Part shown: piece after piece, positions 10,868 to 23,159 of the stretch | Layout: the number at the start of each line of letters is the position of its first letter | Numbering within the stretch: the first letter of the stretch is position 1 | NCBI GenBank assembly: GCA_026770705.1 | Contig: JANJGN010000926.1 | Location: forward strand, 1 to 64,000 | Reading direction: 5' to 3' | Length of the DNA stretch: 64,000 nucleotides | Source of the DNA: Isurus oxyrinchus | Lineage: Eukaryota | Made by a program: the position numbers and the translations under genes | Notes under the pieces: generated by a model | Database searches by the model: none | Told to the model about the DNA's origin: nothing | Seen by the model: only the letters and a program-made list of their open reading frames with translations

Positions 10868-12709
10868 GTGTGAAATGGGGAGAGGGGGTGAGGAGGTTTG
10901 TGGATGGAGGCAGGCATTGTAATTCCTTGGAACATGAGACAACCCACTGGGGAAGAGGGGGAGAGAGGGAGGAAGGGACTGAATGAGTCTGTGGTTGGTG
11001 TGGTTTGGAATGAAATGTTTCCCCAGAGACGACTTGATGCTGAGTCAGTGTGGACAGAGATTCAGTGTCTCTCTTTCTCCCAGTCTGTCACTCNNNNNNN
11101 NNNNNNNNNNNNNNNNNNNNNNNNNNNNNNNNNNNNNNNNNNNNNNNNNNNNNNNNNNNNNNNNNNNNNNNNNNNNNNNNNNNNNNNNNNNNNNNNNNNN
11201 NNNNNNNNNNNNNNNNNNNNNNNNNNNNNNNNNNNNNNNNNNNNNNNNNNNNNNNNNNNNNNNNCTCTCTCCTCCTTTAACATGGTCCTTATTAACTGGC
11301 TTTGTTAACTCAGCTTTTTGTCACCTGTCCCTTATATCTCATTATTTGTCTCAGAGATGGATTTATATGTGGTTAACAATCCCCTGAAGAGCTTTGGGAC
11401 AGTTTGCTACTTTAAGTGTGCTATATAAATGCAAGTTGTTGTAGTAACGTTGATCTGCCTCGATTCAGAATGCAAACACGGAGAATCCTTCGGCAGGGCA
11501 TGTGTGCAACAGGCTCGCAATAAATGCATTGCACGGCAACAACTAAGCATGTCCTTTGATGCTGATGCATCCCAGTCCTTCTGTGTGGACACATCACAAC
11601 CGAGGGACTGCCTGACTGCGTGCAGCCAACATGGCCGAATAGTAATTAGCAGAAATGTGACATCACTGAACATTGTTAACATTTCAGAATGTGCTTTCTG
11701 AATTCTGCAACTTGTTTATTCTGTGATAGATTACAAGAAGCTTTTGCATTTTCTATAATATTACATTTATTGTCACAAGGGATTGAAATGCCCAGACAAC
11801 TCGGTACAGATATATTATTATTAAACATCTTACTCTGGGACAACCTCCCTGCTCCAATCTGTTAATTCATGTCATTGCATTTCCCCACCAAATTATGTAA
11901 ATTCCTGTGTCCACATTTATCATGAGAATTTCCCATGTAAACATGTCACACTGTACTTACAGTCTCTTGCCAGTGGTGGTGCTGTAAGCACACCAAGTAC
12001 TTTCTCAGCGATTGCAGCACATCTCCCAGTTGTCTTTACAATATTATTAAGATACAGGGAATGGGGACAATCTTCACACTGTGGTTACGATGTTAAGACA
12101 GAGAGCTGGTGAAACCACCCCCCCCCTCCCGAGGCAACATCTGTTCTGGCTGTGAGACCCCCACACTTATCCCACGCCCCCTGTTCATTTCTGCATCCCT
12201 GCTCTAACTTAGCGCTTTTGGACATGAAGGGCGGGGCCCTCAGGAAAGTGTGGAAGGGCTGCCCATCGCAGCTGGAAAAAGGAACCTGGCAGGTCTCCCA
12301 GGACAGAATGGCAGAGTGGGGGAGGGGGAGCAGTGGGGTCAATATTCACACCCTCCAGGAGGGCAGCATCACTCATCAGGGAAACGCAGGGCCGAATGCC
12401 CCTCCACCCGGAACGCTGTCCACCATGATTTCAACGTCCTTCACCGGAAGCCTTTTGAAGGTTGCCGTGGCCAGATTTGAATCGGCCGCTGGGTCACCAT
12501 TGGTCCAAGCAGTCACTAAGCACCCACCTCTGCCCGCCCCTTTGCACTCATTCTGCAGACACATCTTATGCTGGCAGGCCTTTATTAGCCCGGCTGCGTA
12601 AAATCGCAGCGCGGAGCTGATCGCGGGCGATAGTCGGATTCCTCACCGCCCCCAGCCCTGTGCACCCCTGCCGAGGGCAAAAATCTGACCTGAAGGATCC
12701 CAGCAGAAT

Positions 12710-14680
12710 AATAAAGAGGCAGAAATGATGATATGAGAGTAAACTAGCAAGAACCATAAACAATGACAGTGAGATGTTGTACATTAAAATAAGAGAGAAG
12801 CTACAGTAATAATGGGACACATAGAAAATCAGACTGGGGAATTAATAATGGGAAACAAGGAAATGACAGAGACTTTCAACAAGAATTTTGGGTCTGTCTT
12901 CACAGTAAAAATCTCTAAAACCATCCCAATAGCAGGAGAAAGTCACGGTGCAACAAGGAGGGAGGAACATAAAACAATCACTATCACCAGAGAAAAAGTA
13001 TTAAGAAAACTAATGAGACAAATGCTGACAAGTCCCATGGAGCAGACGGCCTGAATGTGAGGGTCTGAAAGGAAATGGCTGCAGAGACGGTGGATGCATT
13101 GGTTGTAATCTTCCAGAATTCCTTAGATTATGGGAAGGTCCCAGTGGATTGGAAAAACATAAATGAAACATCTCTGTTCAATAAAGGGGGGAGGCAGAAA
13201 GCAAGAAACCACAGGTCAGTTAGTCTAATATCTGTCATTGGGAAAATACCAGAATTCATTATGAAGGAGGGAGCAGCAGGACATTTAGAAAACCATAATT
13301 CAATCAGACAGAGTCAACATGGGTTTGTGAAAGGGATATCATGTTTGAAAAAATAATTAGATTTCCTCGAGGATGTAACAAGTGGATTGGATAAAGGGGA
13401 ACCTGTAGATGTGGTGTATTAGGGACTATGACACAGCCAAGGGTAAAGGCTGAGTTGTTCAAATCCCAGAGGGAAAATTGAAACAACTGTCATAACCTAA
13501 TTTTGCTGTTTGTAATTTCGAGATGAAGACTTTGAATTCAGTAGGAAAAAGACCACCGAGGATTTTGGGTCTTTTATATGAAACCAAATAAACCATTTAT
13601 TAATTTAACAACAAATTTAACACATACACATTGGCTACAAATAACTACTATAATAACATTTTAACAAATCCCCAAATTAATCAACCTCACGTAAATCTCT
13701 ACTAAGGCAACAATGAACCATTGACATAATATAGACACCAGGCAAAGCACATTTGACATTACGAGTTCCGAATGAGGTTCCTTTGCAAGTTGGTTGGAGG
13801 CTACAGGCTGGTTCGGTCTGAAATGCTCCTGCCTCACACACACAAACTCCTTCCTTTATATAGCTAGCTTTCCCTTTGAATGTAAATTTTCCATTGTATC
13901 ACTCGGTCTTCTGAACTCCGGCTCTTCGAACAATAAAACCCCCTTTCATAGCACCAATTTCATTAGTAAGTTCAAGAAAAAACACATCTTTTTGGCTCCT
14001 TCTAACTAGGTGCAAGATTTTACCCCCTGTCTGGAATGGTTTATTCAACAATTACAAATGAACACTTTACTGTTCTCCTCACAATTCACCCAATTAACAT
14101 CTCAAAACTACTAAACATCAAAGCACACAGACCAGCTGGCTTTAATCCAATTAAGACACACCCAGACACACACCTATACATGGACCACCACTAGAATTCT
14201 ATTTGAAGATATTATTTCCAAGCACATGTTACACACAAATATCTCTTCATGACATTGGATTTCCAAAAGGCATTCGATAAGGTGCCACATCAAAGGATAC
14301 TGCACAGGGTGAAATTGGATGGTGTTGGGGGTGATATATTAATATGGATAGAGGACTGGCTAACTGACAGGAAACAGAGAGCCAGGATAAATGGGTGATT
14401 TTCAGCTTGGTAAACTGTAACTAGTGGAGAGCCACAGGGATCAGTGCTGAGGCCTCAACTATTCACCATCTACATTAGTGACTTGGATGAAGGGACTGAC
14501 TGTACTGTAGGCAGATTTTCTGACTGTGTGGTGAAGATAGGTAGGAAATATATAAGCTGGGCAGGAAAGCTAGTTCTGAGGAGGACACAAAGAGGCTGCA
14601 GAGGGAGATAAATAGTTTCAGTGAGTGGATAAAAAAATGAGCGGATGGAATATAAGGAATGAAAATGTCAGGGTGTCCAG
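12710..14680 (+). mobile_element. CR1-type LINE ORF2 remnant interrupted by a solo-LTR-like insert
   Basis: FQNSLD.GKVPVDWK, QSQHGFVKG.SCL, DVVY / LDFQKAFDKVPH split by insertion, PQGSVL.PQLF. Confidence 0.9.
13423..14253. mobile_element. Solo-LTR-like insertion nested in CR1
   Basis: Splits the DVVYLDFQKAF coding sequence; approximate ATT(A/G)G target duplication; copy at 42138-42968. Confidence 0.7.
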
Positions 14681-14764
14681 CTGATCCTACTTGTTCTGTT
14701 CTTATATTCTTATACAGACACAGGGTTTACTGACAGTGCACAGCAAAGTGCTGTTCACTCACTT

Positions 14765-14911
14765 TGTTCCAACTTCCTCATTTTGTCTCACAGTGACACA
14801 TCAGCTCTTTCTAATTAAATACACAGAGGGAGCAGCACAGGAAGATGTCATTCAGCCCAAGCAGAGCGTGTGGGCAGTTCCTCCCCAGGCGAGCAGTCGG
14901 ACAGGTCCTGG
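14765..14911 (+). promoter_or_regulatory. Unit B putative promoter and non-coding exon 1
   Basis: AACTTCCTC (PU.1/ETS) at 14771, AT-rich TAATTAAATA, then conserved ~90-nt block ending CCTGG/GTAAGT; same module precedes all four leader exons. Confidence 0.7.
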
Positions 14912-15539
14912 GTAAGTAACGGAACGATTGGAATTCACTTCCACCACCAACACCGTCCTTTGTTGATGTTGTGACTTTATAAAGACAGATTCCAATGCCT
15001 GTTATCCAGATGAATAATAATCAGTTGCTGTGATCTGGAAGGTGCTGCCTGAAAGGGCGCTGGAAGCAGATTCAGTAGGAACTTTCAAAAGGGGAATTGG
15101 ATAAATACTTGAAGGGGGAACATTTGAAGGGCTATGGGGGGAAGAGCAGGGGTGGAGGGGGGGTCAAAGATATGGCGTGTTATTATAATGATATTATACC
15201 TTAGGCTTATTTATTGTACAAGAAACAAAGCACCAATCGCTCACAGGGATTGGGTGAGAATGTTAATGATTTGTTTATCAAGACTCGGCACGAGAACAGT
15301 TATACATACGGAGAAAGCTTGAAGGTATCAGAGCTGTGAGTGTGTGCTCTGCTCAAAGCAAATGTCAAACTAAGATTGGATCACATGTCACACTTCCATT
15401 ATAGTGATGTCACGCTGATACCCCTTATTGGAACTAGAGACAGTCCAGTCATTGGTGTAAGGTTACAGTGGGCTCTGTGTCTGTGCTGCACTGACTCTCT
15501 GCTATATGATAACCACAGTGTGATATTGTGTTATTGCAG

Positions 15540-15621
15540 GAGAAAGACAGCGATGGAGGAGAGAGTTTCAGGGACCAGTGACATTGTATTGACCCCCAGT
15601 CCACTCTCTGTGAAGCACCAG
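15540..15621 (+). CDS. Unit B cytoplasmic exon 1 (no ectodomain or TM exon between it and the promoter module)
   Basis: Paralog of 9248-9329, splice sites intact, ATG at 15553 in GCGATGG context. Confidence 0.8.
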
Positions 15622-15834
15622 GTACAGGAGCTGTTTACACTCACACCAAAGCTTCAACCTCAGTGTGTAGACAACACGTATACCAGATTCTCAGCTGGGT
15701 TACACACAGATATCGCCCTGTGAAGTCAGCAATGGCGCAGTGGTCAGCACTGTCTCTCGCTCCCAGGCTCTGTCTCCCTCCATCACTCGCTCTTTGACCT
15801 TAAACATGAACACAATAATGACGAGGCACCTGAT

Positions 15835-18440
15835 GTCAGTAGTGAGGGAGTGCTGCACTGTCAGAGGGTCAGTAGTGAGGGAGTGCTGCACTGTCGAAAG
15901 GTCAGTACTGAGGGAGTGCTGCACTTTCGGAGGGTCATTACTGAGGGTGTGTTGCACTGTCAGAGGGTCAGTACTGAGGGAGTGCTGCACTGTCAGAGGG
16001 TCAGTATTGAGGGAGTGCTGCACTGTCAGAGGGTCAGTACTGAGGGAGTACTGCACTGTCAGCGGGTCAGTAGTGAGGGAGTGCTGCACTGTCAGATGAT
16101 CAGTATTGAGGGAGTGCTGCACTGTCAGAGGGTCAGTACTGAGGGAGTGCTGCACTGTCAGAGGGTCAGTAGTGAGGGAGTGCTGCACTGTCAGAGGGTC
16201 AGTAGTGAGGGAGTGCTGCACTGTCGGAGGGTCAGTACTGAGGGAGTGCTGCATTGTCAGAGGGTCAGTATTGAGGGAGTGCTGCACTGTCAGAGGGTCA
16301 GTATTGTGGGAGTCCAGCACTGTTGGAGGGTCAGTACTGAGGGAGTGCTGCACTGTCAGAGGGTCAGTATTGAGGGAGTGCTGCACTGTCAGAGGGTCAG
16401 TACTGAGGGAGTGCTGCACTGTCAGAAGGTCAGTACTGAGGGAGTGCTGCACTGTCAGAGGGTCAGTACGGAGGGAGTGCTGCACTGTCAGAGGGTCAGT
16501 ACTGAGGGAGTACTGCACTGTCAGAGGGTCAGTAGTGAGGGAGTGCTGCACTGTCAGAGGGTCAGTATTGAGGGAGTGCTGCACTGTTGGAGGGTCAGTA
16601 CTGAGGGAGTGTTGCACTGTCAGAGTGTCAGTACTGAGGGAGTGTTGCACTGTCAGAGGGTCAGTATTGAGGGAGTGCTGCACTGTCAGAGGGTCAGTAC
16701 TGAGGGAATGCTGCACTGTTGGAGGGTCAGTATTGAGGGAGTGCTGCACTGTCAGAGGGTCAGTATTGAGGGAGTGCTGCACTGTCGGAGGGTCAGTACT
16801 GAGGGAGTGCTGCACTGTCAGAGGGTCAGTACTGAGGGAGTGCTGCACTGTCAGAGGTTCAGTAGTGAGGGAGTGCTGCACTGTCAGAGAGTCAGTAGTG
16901 AGGGAGTGCTGCACTGTCGGAGGGTCAGTACTGAGGGAGTGCTGCACTGTCAGAGGGTCAGTATTGAGGGAGTGCTGCACTGTCAGAGGGTCAGTATTGA
17001 GGGAGTGCAGCACTGTTGGAGGGTCAGTACTGAGGGAGTGCTGCACTGTCAGAGGGTCAGTATTGAGGTAGTGCTGCACTGTCAGAGGGTCAGTACTGAG
17101 GGAATGCTGCACTGTCAGAAGTTCAGTACTGAGGGAGTGCTGCACTGTCAGAGGGTCAGTACTGAGGGAGTGCTGCACTGTCAGAGGGTCAGTAGTGAGG
17201 GAGTGCTGCACTGTCGGAGGGTCAGTATTGAGGGAGTGCTGCACTGTCAGAGGGTCAGTAGTGAGGGAGTGCTGCACTGTCGGAGGGTCAGTACTGAGGG
17301 AGTGCTGCACTGTCAGAGGGTCAGTATTGAGGGAGTGCTGCACTGTCAGAGGGTCAGTATTGAGGGAGTGCAGCACTGTTGGAGGGTCAGTACTGAGGGA
17401 GTGCTGCACTGTCAGAGGGTCAGTATTGAGGGAGTGCTGCACTGTCAGAGGGTCAGTACTGAGGGAGTGCTGCACTGTCAGAGGGTCAGTACGGAGGGAG
17501 TGCTGCACTGTCAGAGGGTCAGTACTGAGGGAGTACTGCACTGTCAGCGGGTCAGTAGTGAGGGAGTGCTGCACTGTCAGAGGATCAGTATTGAGGGAGT
17601 GCTGCACTGTTGGAGGGTCAGTACTGAGGGAGTGTTGCACTGTCAGAGTGTCAGTACTGAGGGAGTGTTGCACTGTCAGAGGGTCAGTATTGAGGGAGTG
17701 CTGCACTGTCAGAGGGTCAGTATTCCGGGAGTGCTGCACTGTTGGAGGGTCAGTATTGAGGTAGTGCTGCACTATCAGAGGGTCAGTATTGAGGGAGTGC
17801 TGCACTGTCGGAGGGTCAGTACTGAGGGAGTGCTGCACTGTCAGAGGGTCAGTACTGAGGGAGTGCTGCACTGTCAGAAGTTCAGTAGTGAGGGAGTGCT
17901 GCACTGTCAGAGGGTCAGTAGTGAGGGAGTGCTGCACTGTCGGAGGGTCAGTACTGAGGGAGTGCTGCACTGTCAGAGGGTCAGTATTGAGGGAGTGCAG
18001 CACTGTTGGAGGTTCAGTACTGAGGGAGTGCTGCACTGTCAGAGGGTCAGTATTGAGGGAGTGCTGCACTGTCAGAGGGTCAGTACTGAGGGAGTGCTGC
18101 ACTGTCAGAAGGTCAGTAATGAGGGAGTGCTGCACTGTCAGAGGGTCAGTACTGAGGGAGTGCTGCACTGTCAGAGGGTCAGTACGGAGGGAGTGCTGCA
18201 CTGTCAGAGGGTCAGTACTGAGGGAGTGCTGCACTGTTGGAGGGTCAGTATTGAGGGAGTGCTGCACTGTCAGAGGGTCAGTATTGAGGGAGAGCTGCAC
18301 TGTCGGAGGGTCAGTACTGAGGGAGTGCTGCACTGTCAGAGGGTCAGTACTGAGGGAGTGCTGCACTGTCGGAGGGTCAGTATTGAGGGAGTGATGCACT
18401 GTCAGAGGGTCAGTACTGAGGGAGTGCTGCACTGTTGGAG
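15835..18440 (+). repeat. 33-bp minisatellite (GAGGGAGTGCTGCACTGTCAGAGGGTCAGTACT), about 79 units, intronic
   Basis: Direct inspection; 11-aa periodicity in the spurious 890/910-aa ORFs. Confidence 0.97.
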
Positions 18441-18625
18441 TGCGATAGAGATTAAATTATTAAGAGAGAGAGAAAGCGAGAGAGAAAGAGAGACAGAGAA
18501 AGAGAGTGAAAAAAAGGCTTAAACCCACTGAGACACGACTGACACTAATGAGGCTGCACAATAATTTAACCCTATCAGTGCCAGTAAATGATGTGAGGAT
18601 GTCTTCTGTTTCCATTTCTCTGTAG

Positions 18626-18874
18626 GGTAAACAGAACGTGCTGATTACTGAGCCCCGGAACACAACCAGAGACACAACTAGTGAGGGGGAGACCCCAGCT
18701 CCCCGGGATCTCTCTGAAGGTCCAGTGGGAGGCGATGTTGGACATGGGAACCCCGACAATACCGACGAGCTTCTCTACGCCAACATCAACTTTTCAAAGC
18801 TGCCCGGCGGTGACAGGACTGTGCACAGGAGCGAGGACACGGAATACACACAGATCAGGTTCCAGAAAAACTGA
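18626..18874 (+). CDS. Unit B terminal cytoplasmic exon: ITIM (LLYANI) plus ITSM (TEYTQI)
   Basis: Acceptor intact, open to TGA; paralog of 10619-10867. Confidence 0.88.
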   Translation, partial: GKQNVLITEPRNTTRDTTSEGETPAPRDLSEGPVGGDVGHGNPDNTDELLYANINFSKLPGGDRTVHRSEDTEYTQIRFQKN

Positions 18875-19067
18875 GTGTGAAACAGGGAGCGGGGCTGTGG
18901 GGTGTGTGCAGCCAACATGGCCAAATAGTAATGAACACAAATATGATGTTGCTCAACTTTTTTTTATTGGTTCTGAGTGAGCTTTCTGAATGCTGCACCT
19001 TTTTCCATGCTGTAAAAGATTGTGAGAAGCTTATGGGTTATGTATAATTTAACATCTGTTAATACAA

Positions 19068-21127
19068 GGTGAGGTGAGAGTGACAGCCCTTAACATTAAG
19101 GCTGCATTTGACCGAGTGTGGCCTCTAGGATCCCGAGCATAACCGGAGTCAATGAGAATCAGGGTTGGTACGAAAGTATAATAATTTGCATAATATTCTC
19201 CTGGTTTGTTGTAAACAAGGTTTATGAGTGTGAGTGTAGATGTGTCTGTCTGTGTGGTTTAATTACATCTGGAGACAGGTAGACTGCAAGTTTGAGATTA
19301 TCAAAAGAAGCTAGATGTAGAAATGTACTTGAAATGCTAATGAGAACACATGGAGGCTGTGTTAACATGTAAGGTGTGAAGGGGTTGTTTAGATTTCAAA
19401 GGGATGTCGGTCTGTTTAGGACAAGCCCAACAAGCAAAGCTAAGGAGTTTTTTTTTAATTTTACCCAAACTTCATTGACAATATTGGCAACATGAAAGTT
19501 TATATTATGGGAAAGGTACAGTTCCAAAGAATTTACACATCAAAGAGAGAGAAACATGTATAAAGGAGAATGAAAGGCTATGTTGGGGGCCATGTAAGAT
19601 CTAACAGGAGTGTGTGAAACAGGCTTGAAGAAGCCTCCAGGCATTTGTGCATAAGTCTGTTATGTTCAGTAAATAAAGTTGGAGAAATCCATTTAGAATT
19701 CCACTGTCAAGTGTGTGCTGTGTTAACTCGCTGGGTTTGTTTTTAATCTAAAATCTTATTTTGGACTGTTGCCTTAAACGGGCTCTGTAACTGGGAGTCA
19801 GGTTAATTAGGAATTTGAGAATTTATTTTAATTGTAACTAACTGTGGTATTATGTCTGTGCTTGAAATCTTTTATTTTGTTAATAAGTATCTTAATCCAA
19901 TTTTTAAAATGTCTAAAGGTTGTGGTCATCTCATTATCCTGAATTCAGTGCACGCTTCTTGTAATAAATACAAATTGCAAAACTATTGTGATAGCATGAC
20001 CAATTTTCCCTTGTGGATTTGGAGCACCAAGCACACATCATCTGCCATGTCATGTCACAGGGAAAACTCTCCACTCGTTGGATTCATACCAAGTACAAAG
20101 GAAGGTGGTTGTGGTTGTTGGAGGTCAGTCATCTCAGTTCCAGGACATCACTGCAGGAGTTGCTCAGTGTAGTGTCCTAGGCCCAACCATCTTCAGCTGC
20201 TTCATCAATGACATTCATTCTATCAGATGGTCAGAATTATGGATGGTCGCTGATGATTGCACACCGTTCAACATCATTCATGACTCATCAGATGCTGAAG
20301 CAGTCCATGTCCAAATGCAGCAAGACCTGGACAATATCCAGGCTTGGCCTGACAAGTGGCAAGTAACATTCATGCCACACAAGTGCCAGGCAATGACCAT
20401 CTCCAAACAGAGAGAATATCCCTTAATGTCCAATAGCATCACCATTGCTGAATCCCACACTATCAACACTCTGGGGGTTAACATTGACTAGAAACTGAAC
20501 TGGACTAGCCATATAAACACTGACTATAAGAGCAGGCCAGAGCCTGGGAATCCTGTGGTGAGTAACTCACCTCCTGACTCCCCAAAGCCTGTCCACCAAC
20601 CTCAAGGCACAGGTCAGGAGTGTGATGGAATACTCTCCACTTTCCTAGATGAGTGCAGCTCCAACAACACTCAAGAAGCTCGACACCGTCCAGGACAAAG
20701 CAGCCGCACTTGATTTGCGCCCCGTCCACAAACATTCTCTCCCTCTACAACTGACGCACAGTGGCAGCAGTGTGTGTACCATCTACAAGATGCAACTTAG
20801 GGTTTCACCAAGCCTCCTTAGACAGCACCTTCCAAACACATGACCACTACCATCTAGAAGGACAAGGGCAGCAGACACATGGGGAACACCACCACCTGGA
20901 AGTTCCCCTCCAAGTCACTCACCATCCTGACTTGGAAATATATCACCGTTCCTTCACTGTCGCTGGGTCAGAATCCTGCAACACCCTCCCAAACAGTTCT
21001 GTGGGTGTACATACACCACAGGGACTGCAGCAGCTCAGGAAGGCAGCTCACCCCCATATTCTCAAGGACAATTAGGGATGGGCAATAAATTCTGGCCTAG
21101 CCAGTGTCAGTGAATGAATACAAAAAA
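19068..21127 (+). mobile_element. 5'-truncated non-LTR LINE (RT remnant) with nested LTR-like insert
   Basis: VRVTAL.IKAAFDRVW at 19075, resumes at 20060; ITAGVAQ.SVLGPTIFSCFIND, VADDC, QQDLDNIQAW.DKWQVTF; 3' tail ends GAATGAATACAAAAA. Confidence 0.88.
19165..20058. mobile_element. Solo-LTR-like insertion nested in LINE
   Basis: Interrupts the RT frame; its right end is the reverse complement of the start of the element at 52132-53058. Confidence 0.65.
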
Positions 21128-21504
21128 GAAGCTATTAAAATGCCCTGACATTTCTGTACATTTTTATCAAATTAAATACGTACTCTAGTGAATAATTCCA
21201 TTCTCCAAGGCACCACTTCCTGTTGTCACATGTCCTTCTGATTATTTAAATTCCTGTGTCATTGGTAATGGAACATTCCCATGTAAACATGTCACACTGT
21301 AATTACAGCCTCCTACCAGTGGTGGTGCTCTAGTGTTCTACCTTTGCTTCTCAGAGACTGGAGGAGCTGTATACTTTGTGTTTACAATATTAGTAACACT
21401 CAGGAGTGACCAGGGGGATTCTTTTGGCCAAGTTTACAATGTTGCTAAGATACAATGGCCCCCTGGGATTTTTCCTACTGCGTTTACAAGGTTGAATTGA
21501 AGAG

Positions 21505-22130
21505 ATTTTTGAAGTGTCTGGCACAGTTTTATGAAGGTCCCCTCACACCCAATCTGGAGTCACTGGGTTCAGTCCAGAACACCGCACCTCGGGGAGGATA
21601 TATTGTCCTTGGAGGGGGTGCTGTGCAGAGTCACCAGAACGATCCCGGGGCTGAAAGGGTTAAATCCCGAGGACAGGTTGCACAGACCAGGCTTGTGTTC
21701 CCTCAAGTCTCGAAGATTAAGGGGTGATCTAATCGAGGGGTTTAAGATAATTAAAGGATTCGGTGGGTCGATAGAGAGAAACTATTTCCCCGGATGGTGG
21801 GGGTGAGGGTGGGGGTGGGGGTGGGGGTGTGGGGGTGGGGGTGGGGGTGAGGGTGAGGTGAGGGGGGGTCCAGAACAAGGGGGCAGAACATTAAAATTGG
21901 AGCCAGGCCGTTCAGGGGGTGATGTCAGGAAGCACTTCTTCACACAAAGCGGGGGTGGAAATCTGGAACTCTCTCCCCCAGAAAAAGCTGTCAAGACTGG
22001 GAGGGGTCAATTGTAAATTTCAAAACTGAGATTGGGAGATTGTTGTTGGGTCGGGGGTTAAGGCTCACGGAACCGAGGCGGGTGGATGGGGTTAAGATAC
22101 AGATCGGACGTCATCCAATCAAATGTTAGG
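21505..22130 (+). mobile_element. CR1-type LINE 3' fragment with internal (GGGGGT)n tract
   Basis: LEGV..R.TR.IPGLKGL..EDRL...GL.SL..RRLRGDLIE.FKI. Confidence 0.85.
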
Positions 22131-22849
22131 ACGGTGAGTCTCAGGGAGGCTGGCCCAACCCCAGACGCAGCCGTCTCTGTGACCTGCTTCAACCCTGTTG
22201 GTCAGCAATGACAACATGAGTTGATGTTAGCCTGATATGTAGTGCATGGAGGGATATTACTCTCCAGGGTGTGTGTGCATCACAGTGCTCATTCACATGT
22301 GTTCCATGTGCACCTACATCAGCTGTGTAGACATACAAGCCTCAATGCTGCATCCGGGGAATGTACCATGTCTCACACCTTAGCTGCAGCACGACCCTTC
22401 CCTTGGAGCTCTGTGTGCTCGAGACATATTTTGTTATTTTTTCCTGCCGTCTCTGTGTCCCCCGACCCGGGAGTGAAAATCCGGCCTTAACTTCCACTTT
22501 CTAGTGTCTGAGACAAGAGGCAATGAGTGAGTGGGCTGGCGGTCAGGATTAATGCTGTTAATCTGTGTTTGAGGGGCTGTGAATTCTCGGGGGACTAGTT
22601 ACTCTCTGAGCAGCAGCTTCCAATTCCTTATTTGATGCCGTGCATGTGGGGTTGGAAGATTTTTTTTATAACCACAGGCAGTTCACAGAAACCCACAGGA
22701 AACCCACAGAGAGACAGTCACTGGGATACACACTCACTCCTTGTGGTTTCACCTTTTAACCACATCCTGTCTGTGTGGCTTAAATGTTAAACACAGCGGC
22801 CACACTCAGGGAGGTTTCACTCTGTGAAGCGCTTGCTCTCTCTCTCAGA

Positions 22850-23135
22850 AACACACACACACAGACACAGACATACACACATACACACTCACACACACAC
22901 ACTCACACACACACAGACACACACATACATACATACTCACATACACAGACACACCCACTCACACACACACAGACACACACACACACTCTCACTCACACAC
23001 ATACAGACATGCACACACACATACACAAACACACATACACACGCTCACACACTTAGAGACAGACACAAACACACTCACATTCTCACACACACAGACTCAC
23101 TCACACACACACAAACACAGACAAACACACACACA
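22850..23135. repeat. (CA)n-rich compound microsatellite
   Basis: Direct inspection. Confidence 0.95.
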
Positions 23136-23159
23136 AATATCCTGACAGCAAACTGTGAT

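Noticed and set aside
12085-12700. GC-rich segment with 149-aa ORF
   Set aside because: No recognisable domain or splice structure; absent from the paralogous region, so probably an inserted repeat
15700-18522. 910-aa and 890-aa repetitive ORFs on opposite strands (also 25771-26538, 63101-63644)
   Set aside because: A 33-bp unit is a multiple of three and lacks stops in some frames; the array is intronic, variable between paralogs and occurs in both orientations
21796-21868. (GGGGGT)n G-quadruplex-forming tract as a regulatory element
   Set aside because: Simple-repeat expansion inside a CR1 fragment, with no evidence of function
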